A stretch of DNA of 60,521 bases, counting the filler, from Sphacelaria rigidula (taxonomy: Eukaryota), in NCBI GenBank assembly GCA_964200075.2. It is 8 parts of 8 records of this genome, joined end to end, with 100 filler letters (N's around TTAATTAATTAA, not from the genome) between each part and the next. Parts side by side here need not be neighbours in the genome. Positions count along the whole stretch, not along the records: positions 22,735 to 30,212 come from CAXNAA020014738.1; positions 30,313 to 37,790 come from CAXNAA020014739.1; 6 more parts are not named here. The stretch is one strand, 5' to 3'. Position 1 is the first letter of the stretch; each line of letters begins with the position of its first letter. A program made the translations under genes and the position numbers. Under the pieces are notes generated by a model, which saw only the letters and a program-made list of their open reading frames with translations, did not search any database and was not told the origin of the DNA. This document shows, piece by piece, positions 23,251 through 35,600 of the stretch.

Positions 23251-25324
23251 TGTGAGCTGGGCCGGCTCAGACGCGGATTGAAGTTCTCAAAGCAATATAT
23301 CATCGACACAGACGAGTGAGGTCGTGATCCGCATATCGTATTAATCGTCTGATAAAGAGGAAAGTGCCCATCTGCTCAAAAAGTCTGGGCCGATTTTTTT
23401 TCGTTGATTAAACCACATATCTAGTAACTCCTATACCGTACGGAGATAACGTCCATACTAAGGTCTATATGAGACCCCGAACGATATACGAGCTGGGTCA
23501 TCAGTACATCCCGCATTTGCATGTCCCGCCATGACTCGCCAAGTTTACCAAATCGGCTCGACTTGAGGATATCGCTGTGAACTGCAGACCAACCTGGTGA
23601 TGCACGGCACCGCCGCTGGTCAATTGGCCAAGTTTTGGCGATGATGTCATTGTATTGCATTGAGCACCGGGAACTTCTCGTGTCGTTGCGTGATAGCGTG
23701 TCTGGAGACGTTTCGTTTCACGGAATGCGGTGGAATTACGATAGGGAACTGCGCCGCACAGGCACGCGAAGACGCGACATACGCGAGCAAAAGCACACTG
23801 GTACGAGTAGTGCTGCACGATGGCATCAAGGTCGTCAACAGCTCCATCACGGGAGAGAACGTCCCAGCCGACCGTCATGTACCACCGTAAGAGGGAGAAG
23901 CAGTACCTCAAACTGCGCGACACCCCCCCCAGATGCAAGGTGCTATGCCAGATTATGCCCGAAAACAAAAAGGTCGTGTCTGGATTCGAACTCGTGACCT
24001 CCGTAATAAGAGGCGGTTCTACCAGTTTGACCACCGGGGCGCAGCCGTGCCAGACGAAAAATTGGATGCTGTGCCAAATTTCTAAAATTCGTGACTTCAC
24101 AGAAGGACGCACAACATTTCTGGGGATGCCTCCGCATTTATTTATTTTTCACGGAGTAATAGCATTTTTCTAGTTTTTGCAGGAACTTCAAATCCCTCCT
24201 ATGTCCTGTTTTTTTTCCTCGTCATCCCGACAAGTGTTGTGCTTAGTGATGATGAAAATGTTGCGTCAAAATTTCAGCGCCCAACTCTTCGAATTACCGA
24301 CAGCATCGCCAGGATGCATTCAAAAATCACCGTCAGCTGGCCCAGCCTGTATACAGCGGATGATGACGATTTTGGTGTGGACATTCCCTGGAGCACGGGG
24401 AAACGATCGACACCTTCACCTTCGCCTATTTCGTTATTTATCTCGAGATATGGCGCACATAAGGTTCCATATTAGAATCATTATGTTACGAGCAAAGGCA
24501 CTAGATGCACTACATCTGGATACCACGTCTCAGTTTTTTAGAGTTGCGATTTGAAATTTGGTATGGGGAATCGTTAGTGCATAACGAAAAAAAAAAACGC
24601 TTTTTCTTTCATTTTTTTCGCGGGGGGGGTCGTATTTTAAGGGAGTTTTAAGAGAAAATGGACAATGCTCTTGGGCCTCGTCTCAATTTTTCAGCTTAAA
24701 TTTCAGACTTGTGATTTGAAAATTATCATGAAAAATCGCGAGGACATGCCGGAGTATAAAAAGGATGGGCCTTCATTTTGTTTTTTTCAAAGAGGTACGG
24801 GCGTTCTCGTGAAAATATCATGTCTTTACTATTGTAAAAAATCCTACGTGAACAGGTGAGAATAGAAACAAAAATCAACATTTCCCCTTGTTTTTTTTTA
24901 GCATTATGGCCTGGTGAGGTCCCACACAAATTTCAAAACATGAGTACCAAACCGGAGCCTGGAAATGGCCTGGAAAATGTTGTTCCGAATTACCCCCGGC
25001 CCGGTTTTTAAGTCGCCCGGCCTCACCTCGAATTTTTTAGGGTTGGACTTTGAAATTTGGTACGGAGGGAGAACGGGGCATACTGAGAAATATATTTTCG
25101 AGACACTACGTAAGGGTTTTTTCTTGGTGAGTTTACGGCGTTTTCCTTAAAACCATGTCCTGATTTATTGCCGTTAACTCACGAGAGAAAAAAAACGTCC
25201 CGAAAACATATTTTTTGTACGCCCCATTCTTACTTCGTACCAAGTTTGAAAGTCCAACTCTCAAAATTGAGGTAAGGCGGGGTCTGCAAACCACAAATTC
25301 GCGTCTAGGCCGGCCCAGCTCGTG
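23251..25324. mobile_element. Non-autonomous TIR DNA transposon with (CAC)GAGCTGGGCCGGC termini
   Basis: TIR of ~24 bp at both ends. An inverted shorter copy lies at 38534-39746 and another terminus at 45468-45528. Confidence 0.8.
23973..24041 (-). pseudogene. tRNA-like Pol III unit (SINE head or pseudo-tRNA)
   Basis: A box TGGTCAAACTGG, B box GAGTTCGAATCC and a following T5 run. The acceptor stem does not pair. Confidence 0.6.
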
Positions 25325-26914
25325 ACCCTGACAATCTCTGTTCCTCGTCCTTCAACGAAGGTCATGACCAGTCTTGTCGGTACCGCGTGGAGAGGGTATT
25401 TTCGGCAGGTGTGAAGCCGGAATCATCTTCAAGGAGTGAATCCTTCTCACTACCTCCCTTGGTTAAGGCCGTGCTGTGGTGGTAGCGTTGGGTCAGCGCG
25501 GTGCTCATCAGGGACGCCCACCCCTGTTGTTATGCAGCAGTACAACATGTCGACACCCCGAGGGCGGGCATATCCTGCGTTACAAGCAGTGTAATGTGTC
25601 AACACCCTGAGTGCGGCTATGTTGGGATTCGGTGTGTGCGCGGAGGCAGATGACACCGCTGTCGAAAGCTGGCACGCACACCTTCGACACAGAGGAGCGT
25701 GTGCCGGTGTGTAGACTACTTTCGGCGACAAGGATGGAGGAGGAGCGGTCATCGACGGACATGTTAGGCCTGGTTGAGCCTCCTGGACGATAAACTTACA
25801 GACCAGTACCAGGGTGCATCACAAAGGAAGCGTTTCATCACGAAAGGAAGCAAAGGGGGCATGGTTGTGGGATCATGGACACCGGTGAGGATGGACGGTT
25901 GGGTTGGCTATGGACTCTGGTGAGGACAGATGGGAGCGTGAGGAGGTCAACTTCGAAGAGGATCAATTATAGCAGCGGAGAAGAGCAGAGCAGGGCGGCT
26001 AATTTCGTTGGGGGCGGAATATCATTCTTCCGCTGGGTTTTGCATATAGTTGTTTGTTGTGGATGCGGGTACTACATAGAGACGGTATCCTATGCTTTCA
26101 TGGTTGAATACAGGACACTGAGCAGATTTTGTTATTTGCTGATAGCGCTATGTTGTGTGTAGGCTAGACACGCCCTGTGTTGTGTTTCCATGACGATGCT
26201 ACTTGACCAGAACCCAAGGGAGATCATAGTTCCTCGCTTCACCTCCTCGTTGCCATCGGCTCGTCCTTCTTTTGTTATCGTCTTTTTTTAATCTTCCTAT
26301 CTGACGCTGTTCAGCCTGGGGTGCGCAGGCACCATAAAGGACCTCTTTGAACAGCACTGCAGACAGTATATCTATTTTGGTATTGGTCTCTGTATATGCG
26401 ACAGCTTTAATCACCGGCTTACTCGCTGTCACTACTCCGTGTATACACCACTACGTGGCAAGGTAGTGGGAGAGGTCACACGCGGGGACTTTTCAGATTC
26501 CAGTGGGCCTCCTGTAGTTCAATCGGTCCTATACGGATATTTCGTAGTGTGTGTGCTCTTTTTCGCGTAGATGTTTCTTTCTCGCCTTCCTCTGCAGGCT
26601 ACTTGAGTCATGGGTATGGATGGTATGTTCCTTGCACTCTGTGACCCGGGTTCGAGAGATCGAGCTAATGTGACGAACATGAAATAATAATAGTAACAGT
26701 GTTCTACCTATTTGGAGAAATCTGCAGCCATTCTCAAATCGATATATCGTGTGACATGATCGAGGAATCTGCCCTTGCACTTTTCGGAGAAAAAAAATAC
26801 GAAAAAAATGGAGATTTCGATAGAAGTACATCAGTCAACAATATTCCTAACAATTTACCTATTTGGAGAAATCTGTAGTCAGTCTTAATATGATCGATAG
26901 CCTGACTTGTTCAA

Positions 26915-27032
26915 CCCTTTTGGAACCCACTGGCGATTTGTGATTTTGTGAATCAGCATCTTCTTGACTTGAAAATGAGTGAAAATGATGCCGACTCACA
27001 AAATCACAAATCGTCAATGATTTCCAAAAGGG
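26915..27032. mobile_element. 118-bp piggyBac-like foldback MITE
   Basis: CCCTTTTGGA..TCCAAAAGGG termini, ~50-bp inverted arms, and TCAA duplicated on both sides. Confidence 0.75.
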
Positions 27033-28265
27033 TCAAGAAATATTATCTTGCATTTTTCGGAGAAAAATATTATTTTACTTCGGAAAAAAGACCCGTTAAT
27101 AATAACCCTTTCAATCTACGTACCTATTTGGAGAAATCTGTAGTCAGTCTCATCTTCTATAGCTTGCCATGCTCAAGAAATCTGCGCTTGCATTTTTTGG
27201 AGAAAAGCGTTTCTTTCCGAAGAATCGGGATATTTCGGGAAAAGATCCGTTAATAACAATCTTAACAAATTACCTTTCGCGTACGACGCACATGTATTGT
27301 GCTTCGCCGGGGGAATGGAATAAAACAGTTTTTCACATAGTAGGAAACGCTGTCGTCAAATCTTCCTGCATACATCGGCAAAAGCCGAAAAGACACATAT
27401 CAACAAGCACAACTCCAAAGCACCTGTTTGGCCATGGGTGTTCTCATGTTCGGCGTGAATAATCTCAACCTTTCATCTTGGATGCAGCGTGCGTACGCAC
27501 CGGTATGCGTATCATAGGAACCCATGAATAACTACCAACAAAGAGCAAGGTGAAATGGTGCCTAACCGTGGCCCAAGAAAACAGGCGTGCATGCCAAAAG
27601 AGATATCATTATCCAGGATGCATACCCCCTGGATGATGATAATATATATCTTTGTTAAAAAAAGTGTACTGTGTGCAGTATCGACTATTGCGTATATTGC
27701 AATACGTAGACACAAAGATTTCCATGCTGAACGCAGTACACTTTTTGGCAAGGTAATTCTTTGTCCACGGTGTGAATGGATCAATATCGGACGTCTATCC
27801 ACCGTCGCTGATAAAAAGCAGAACAATGTGCACGTATGAGTACGTACTCATCAGATGAGGGGTTAGATTACGGTACGTGAAGGAAAACAGGTACAATAAT
27901 AAGCCATCACCACCGTCGCTGCGCAGTTTTGCCACGCTGATCACCACATGAAGCCTTCATGCTACCTTGGTATCTCCTTTTTTTCAGGACACTCACTACA
28001 TACCACACCTTCATGGAACGAGATACTGTACCATGGAAATTGAGAGAGAAGAAAAAAAAAAGTTGAAGGTCAGAGTGTAGCATGAATCGCACGTACACGA
28101 CATATACATGCGGGTCTGTCCAAGCATGCTATACTTGGGATATGGGTTAATTCCGTCACCTCCAAGACCTGAAGCGTCGACGACCAACGCAAGCGTGTAT
28201 TCCTCAAGCCGTGTTCTCCTACGAAAGGGACCTTTTCTGGCGCTACGCCCGTCTATTGACAACAT

Positions 28266-28475
28266 TTCGAGGGCAGGTCGAGTAGAGAATACTCAATTGC
28301 GGGGTATTTTGAAAGACGTGCTTGAGGTACTCAAATTAGGGTAGAGTGTCAGGAGTCGTGCCCAAAAAATAACTGGAAAGCGAGCCCTAAAACCCTACCC
28401 CCAATTTGTGTAATTTTAAGTACGACTTTCAAAATACCCCGCAATTGAGTATACTCTACTCGACCTGCCCTTGAA
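28266..28475. mobile_element. Foldback MITE
   Basis: Inverted arms GGGCAGGTCGAGTAGAG.ATACTCAATTGCGGGGTATTTTGAAAG; TSD not clear. Confidence 0.75.
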
Positions 28476-30169
28476 CTTGCCATAGACAGATCCTATACAT
28501 CTGTGCCAGTGTTCGTCAAAACCTGATGATAACTACTTAGCCATACATATCTATGCACATGTTATCTACGATATTGACCCTTCTAGGACCAAAGCTCATA
28601 AGGATAGGGCGGCGCGTGCACTGCCCCAAGTTGAAATGGTTTTTTTATGGGTTCGACCCCCCACGCTGCCTTGAGCAAAGGCTATCCGAACGCTCGAGGC
28701 GCCTACCTCACATGACTTCCGCGAGGCCATCTAGCCGAGGCTCTGGGTAACCGACATACGACGCCGTTTTCGGGGTAAATGTTGGGTCAGGTTTAGGATT
28801 TCTCCTTCCGTCAAGAAAACAAACTAAAAATAAACAGTTACACGGTTAGGACGGATTATCACGGGTCCGAATGACCAAATCCACGATTTCTTTGGCCTGA
28901 TTGCCAAAAAGGGAGAAAAAAGTTGACCGCTGGACCAAGGGGTATCCACGCAACTTTTGCGCCATTCCGCATGTCTGGGCTGCTCGTACCTGGGTTGCAA
29001 CGCTGAAAACAAAGCCTAGGGGTTGATTCGTGCGATTCGATTCATCATACTAAAACCGAGTAATTTCCAGACGAATCATTATTTGTCCGACGCTTAAACA
29101 GTTACCCTCGTGGTCAGCCATCTGTGATGGTCGGTTCCTTCCGAACCCACCCATCGGTGAGGTTGGTGTTTTCAGTTCCTGGACTGGCAACGCTCCTTCG
29201 TGGACTTCGGACAATCAAGGATTTACAGCGATACGCGGCAGCATGAATTCTGCTGAAATAATACCCGGATGTGTGTGTTGTCGTCCCATCTATTCTGGAC
29301 GCCGGTCTACACCTTTCGGTATATGCGGGCGCACCAGCCGGGGTCGCACAGGAGGGAGTTTTTTTTCTTTTTTGTTTGTTTCTGGTACTCCATCTTCCTT
29401 CTGCGGTGCTTGCCGTTATTTTTTATCGCGAGAGGGGTTCAGTAATCCCTTTCCCTCGTCGACCATTAAGTGTACATCATATATGCTTCGTAGGAGTATT
29501 CGATGTTCATCCAAAAGGGTTGGCACGAGTAACGCCCGACGCGTGAATTATGTAAGAAGGTTGCGCATGGAATTCGCGATTCACTCAAGACGCTGGGGGT
29601 TTCAACGCTCTTCGACGTTTTGAGTGACTTGACGAAAACGCACACTTCACAAGAGGGATGGGGGGACAGGGCAGCAAACGAGGGCCTCCAACTGAAAGGG
29701 AAGCAGGGGGGGAGGGGGAAGGTTCCAGAGAAGGTGTTGCGTACTACGACAAGTTGAGCTGAGGAGCTCATGATTGTCGACTTGTGGGGATTTGTGGGTG
29801 ACTATTACCAAGCCAAAGGCATGACCAGATACTTGGAGAAGGCGGGTAGAGAGGACAGGAAAAAGACGGCGATACATGTGACGTCGAAATACACAAGTCA
29901 ACCACAGACACGTGGATCTGAGGGAAGGGTCCTGTGGTGGAGAGACCATGTTCAAATATGGGTGTTTCGGAGGAAGGTGGTACTGTGCTTTGTTGATACC
30001 GGCTGCGGAATCCTGGGCGAATGAGTAGACTGAGACGTGCGGCGTACTGTTCGGCTTTACACGCAAAGAGCTGAAGTGCCAAACAAACGTCGTCTTGTGC
30101 ATCGGTTTTTAATGCAGCAACTCACCCAATATCCTCACGGACGTCTTCCACCTCTCCACTTACCTCAAT

Positions 30170-30212
<43 letters not shown>

Positions 30213-30384
30213 NNNNNNNNNNNNNNNNNNNNNNNNNNNNNNNNNNNNNNNNNNNNTTAATTAATTAANNNNNNNNNNNNNNNNNNNNNNNNNNNNNNNN
30301 NNNNNNNNNNNNCACATATACCGAGAGGTGTAGACTGGTGCCCAGAATAAATGGGACGACAACACACAACACACAACACACTGG

Positions 30385-30960
30385 CGCCCTATGAACCTCA
30401 GTAGCAAACAAGGAGGGGAGGTTACCGTGGCACGCGGGAGTGCTGCAGGGAGCGGAGAGATTCATGACCTCATGGCACAGGAATCAAGAGGAGGCCAGCC
30501 GACTGCGTGCGTTTAGACGAGAGACCAACGAAACCCAAATAGCACGGCAATGAAGGCGGTCCGGAGAAGTGGGCGGTGGGGGGTGAACCCCCCCGATGAG
30601 GGGTGTCGTTATGCCATGCAGTTCTTCTCTTGATACACGTGGTGTGCTTATACGTATAGCTGCGCCTCGAGAGGCCGCAAGATGGAACGTTGCGATTCTT
30701 AGTTCTTTAGTTCTTTGGGTGGCGGTATTTGGGGCCTTGACTCTCGCCCGCAGTCGGACCCTGTGTTCATTTCTACTTGTTGCGCGTCGAGTTGGAAAAC
30801 CTGAGTGCCACCCCCTGAAGTCCGAATGGCCCCCTGCGGCACCGGATCTTCTGAGGTTAGCGATATGTACTCCCTTTCTTCTTTACTATGTATTCCTGTT
30901 TTGCTTGAATCGCGTTTTGTGAGTTTTGAATCTGGGTCTATTTAGCTTTTTGTTTTTTTT
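30385..30960 (+). mobile_element. Probable LINE (RTE-like) 3' fragment
   Basis: An unannotated frame reads WHAGVLQGAERFMTSWHRNQEEASRLR, which resembles LINE ORF C-termini. A T-rich UTR-like stretch follows. Confidence 0.4.
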
Positions 30961-31048
30961 GCTAGCCTGTGACCACGGAAGGCGTCCGCATCAGATGCCC
31001 AGTACGAATATACCGCGCAGATATCGGAACGGAAGACAACAACAGTAA

Positions 31049-31049
<1 letters not shown>

Positions 31050-31084
<35 letters not shown>

Positions 31085-31085
31085 C
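31050..31085. repeat. (CAA)n microsatellite
   Basis: Read directly. Confidence 0.95.
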
Positions 31086-34000
31086 TGGTGGTCTACGCCG
31101 CCTGCGTGATCCCTGATGTCCTGCAGGCGGTGCTTCACACTGTATGCAGTGCCGTTGTTCAGCACGAAGTATAGATATCAGCAGGAAGCAGTGAATTGTG
31201 TTTGGTGGACAGCGATGGCACACTTGTAATGTCCTCTATATTGCAGTGCTATCCAGTAAAGACATACAGCACACGCGTCTACATCGAGTCCGCACGCAAT
31301 TGACTGCAGATTCACAATTGGTGAACGGTTCTGTTGGGGACAACGTGATTCACCGTCGACATATATCCCACATGAATCTTTCTCGAAGATCCATTCGGAG
31401 AGGCCTCGATACCTTTTCGGGATCTCCATCGAGATACCCCAAACTCGCCACCCATGAGTTCCTGAACGAACCCAGCAATCAAGCAGGATCGCCGAGTTCG
31501 ACACACCTCTCATAGGATGACCTCACCTGACGGTCAGAGGGTCTCATCATCTCATGAATCACGATCGCTTGCCACTTGAAAAAACGCAACAAAGCAAACC
31601 ACCAAACGGACAACTAAGGTCCACATGCATGCCATGCGCGTTTTAAGTACGGGACGTCACCTGTCGAATCGGCATCAGTTTCACCAAAAAGAAAAGAAAA
31701 ATACCAAGGTAGAACACGATAGTCGATGGGAAAACCCTTTCAAGGGAAGGGTGTATCACCACGCCAAGGGCATGAATATTGAACTGACAAAAGTCAGCAT
31801 GTTGGACATCGCCTACCCGCATCGCGGTCCAAAATAGTTTGAACCCCGTTTCAAGCTTTTAGTTCAACGAAAGTATGCACAGGTTGCGGTACTCGTCATT
31901 GCAGCATCTCCCCAAGTGGTATCCAAACGTTTGGCCTCGTTACCACCTATGCACAAGCCACTGGCAACAAGCTAGGGACCCTGCCCCCCACCCACCCTCT
32001 ATCAGAGGCTGACATTTCGACTCTTGAAAAACTGCGGAAGTCTGACTCACTTTGGCAGCGTGTTTTGATCCCAATCGCGTAACCCCTCCCGACCCCGCAC
32101 TGGTGGCGCTTTCGATGCATGGGAACTGACGGTGGGGGAGCCGGCGGCGGCCCCAAGGCCTCGCGGCGTGCTCTCTCCATGTTTCGCAAGCCTCGCCCCG
32201 TCCCCTCCACGAGAAGACGTACCCATTGAGCCCGCGAGGAGTGCTCCGTCGCCGGTACTGCAGGCGGTTCGTACTGTCCTCTCGCAGGTTGTGGTCACAC
32301 AAATATGTGGATCTTCCCGCGCAACCGAAACGACCAGCGACCTGAGTCACACAAGCATGGTGTTTGCGCGGAGGGAACGTTCGTGATGGTCCATCACTTC
32401 AACTATTTCATGACGCAAAAATGAAACCGATCAACGGAATACTCCCTCCAACAACCAGAGGAGCCCCGACAAAACTCGCGGCACAAAAGGGCAACCGCTA
32501 CCCTAGCATCTCGCCGTCCTACATCCTGCAGACGCGCAGAAGCCGTCGCTCATGTAGCGATTGCGAGTAAGTACAGACCACGAAATGGACATTAACGTCA
32601 CGCTTTATCGTTGGACCGCGATGCGCGGGTAGCGCATGTTATATCAAATCATTTATTTTAACCCTTACACCGCGAGGTTAGTCTTCTGTTGAATCGGCAT
32701 CAATTCCAAGTGAAATGAAGTATGCATGGTCCAGAAAGACTAATCTCGTGGTGTAAGGGTTAAGGTGAAGTTGATGCCGATTCAGCAGGTGACCTACCAT
32801 CGCGCTCACGGGGTGAAGCCGTACACGGCGGTGCGAGGCTAGTCTATCTGGATCACACACACCTTTTGCGAGTAAAATAGATGCCGAGTCAAGATGACGT
32901 ACCGTCGCTGTCTACTAAAGGTTGTTAACCCCTCGACCGCGATGTGCGGGTAGTCCATGTGGATGACGCATTTTGTTTTTCAAGCATGTTTTGACACTGA
33001 CGAAGCAAGTGACCCGCTATGGCATCCTCACGGGTACATGCGAGAACATCGAATATAATTCTGTGTTCCGCCGAAGCCGCGCACCGCGGAAATGAATAGA
33101 ACACCCCCGTTGAAGATCAAGATTTGGGTAAACAAAAAACTAAATTTCAAACGAAGCGACCACAGTAGGCCACAGGACGTCAACGTACCACGCCGCGAAC
33201 CCTGTGAGCACTTTGCAGGTGAGAGTTTCGCACGGGCGCTCTCAGCGGCAGGAGCACCAGAACAGGACATAGCATCACACAGGAGAGTCACAGAATGGAC
33301 AATTCCGGCGTCACCACCCAATCTGGAGCAGACACGACCGGATCTACGGCCGCGCCACTGATGGGGTTATTCACTCTATCCGCCCGCGCGATGGCATGTA
33401 GTATCAATAATGCTCCGCTTCGGTCAGGCGGGACATGCCACGGTTATAACACCAATATACACGGCTCTCCCCAGCGGCTGCTGAACATCGCGCGGACACG
33501 GAGCCAGGAAGGGAGACTATCGGAGTCCATGGCTGCGATCCTACTGTGCCCAGTCAAAGTCATTTCGGCACACCGCAACGATTCCTGGATAACTTCATTC
33601 GCGTGGCGCGAACACATCTCAAGGCTGGCAACGGCACAGGAGGCAACGAGATGAGTACTACAAGATAAAGGAGCGCCGAGTTTTTTGTCGCTATTTTTCG
33701 CAGAGTCGCGAACTATGCACAGCCTAGGTCACATAATATGAGTGCATAGACGAATACTCACCGCCGCAGTGAAGGACCAGGGGTCACGCACGGATTGCCC
33801 AACGTGCCACACACTGACGATGACGAGGTGCTCATTTCCCCAACCGCCCACCCCCATTGTGCCGGAAACACGTTCTCTTCAGTCACCGTCATACCCAAGC
33901 GCTGGAGGAGTTCGAAGTGGCCGTCAAGCCGCTACTGGCCAGGAGCGCGGCGTCATGGGCTGAGGTTATGAAGTGTACTATGTGGGTGAGAAGCAGTGGA

Positions 34001-35258
34001 CGGATGGGCAGGTACACGAGGTCGTGAGCACGCGGTATATGTACCGTTTTTTTCATATCGCACACCGAGGTGGGATTCGATGGTGAAATAGAGTCCGCCG
34101 ATGGCTTCGCGTCACCGCGGGGCTGCAAGCCGTGAGTACCACTGGAATGATCGCAACACATGAAACCACCAGACCACGGGCTGGATTGTCGTCATCAGCT
34201 ACTGTGAGATAGTATATCAACCAATCACTCAATCATACAAGAACACCAAAGCGAGGATGCCATCCTCGTCCTGAACAGCGTCCATTTTGTTGCTGTTGTG
34301 GGCGCTCGTAATCACAGGACATCGATCGATTCGGCACCCCGCCAAGGACATTTATGAAAAAAAAGCCGTCGTTCGTTTTTATTCAAGGCCAGACGCGGAG
34401 CGCCTTGTTTATGATGGTCTACAGCGACGACTACAACCTCCCGCAGCGCTGCACCGGAGTCCTCGACAATACTACTCGACCGAGCACGACAGGTACGCAA
34501 ATGTATTCGCGATGGAGTGTGGCGCCCATCGCGAACGTGTCACAGAGAACAGAGGGCCACCCACACGTCACGTATGACTCGTTTCAGAGTATTTACACAT
34601 GTATTCGCTTGCACCCACCCACCCGCGCGCGACCCACGAAACCAGAAATAACCGAGTTGAGACACATCATGGAGGAGACGGCCCAACAACACCACCCGGG
34701 AATATCCGTGAGGGTTTACGACTTCATGGATCACGACGGAGCCAGGCGCGTCGGTCACGAGCAGCACAGAGCCGAGGAGCTGTCGAAGATGACCGTTGGA
34801 AAAAAACATCCGCTAAAAATTCAGATTTGCGATCATGCACACCTTTTCGGCGGGTGGTTGCACACCCACAAGTAGTCCTCGTTGAAGATATGCACCGGGA
34901 ACATACCCGAATGTTCACCACATCGAAAATATCCAAATACATCAAATCCGATGCCACGGCATCACACTTGAGCAGCAACCAGTGGCATCGCCAACATATC
35001 AATTTCGGAAAAAGTCAAACACACGGTCGCATCCCGCGATAGATGTTTCTCCGCACCCTTATTACGACGATGGAACACATACGACAATTTGACGAATGTG
35101 ACTTGAGACCTGTACACCCTGCAAGAGGACAGGCGAAACCCATGTAGTACGGGAAGACTGCCATGAACCGGGTAGCATACTCGCGCGCGCGCTCGAGACT
35201 ATTCGCGAATTTACCGAGAATATGATTATACACGCGAAAGACTTACCACGTTTCGCAA

Positions 35259-35600
35259 AGCAACAGCTGGTTTATGAAACCAGCTTCAACCACCTTGACT
35301 GGCACCAACGGACACAGCAACAGCTGGTTTATGAAACCAGCTTCAAACACTTTGATTGGCACCAACGGACACAGCAACAGCTGGTTTATGAAACCAGCTT
35401 CGAACGCTTTGACTGGCACCAACCGACACAGCAACAGCTGGTTTATGGAACCAGCTTCAAACACTTTGACTGGCACCAACCGACACAGCAACAGCTGGTT
35501 TATGGAACCAGCTTCAAACACTTTGACTGGCACCAACCGACACAGCAACAGCTAGTTTACGTAACCAGATTCTAACACGTTGACTGCCAACAACCGACAC
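35259..35600 (+). repeat. 57-bp tandem array (5 conserved units plus 1 degenerate), each with a 9-bp-arm palindrome
   Basis: Units start at 35259, 35316, 35373, 35430, 35487 and 35544. Palindrome is AGCTGGTTT-ATG-AAACCAGCT. One frame gives the 19-aa repeat QQQLVY(E/G)TSFKHFDWHQPT. Confidence 0.95.

Noticed and set aside
35259..35600. CRISPR array (palindromic repeat with regular spacing)
   Set aside because: The intervening sequences are nearly identical rather than unique spacers, there are no cas-like ORFs, and the context is eukaryotic.
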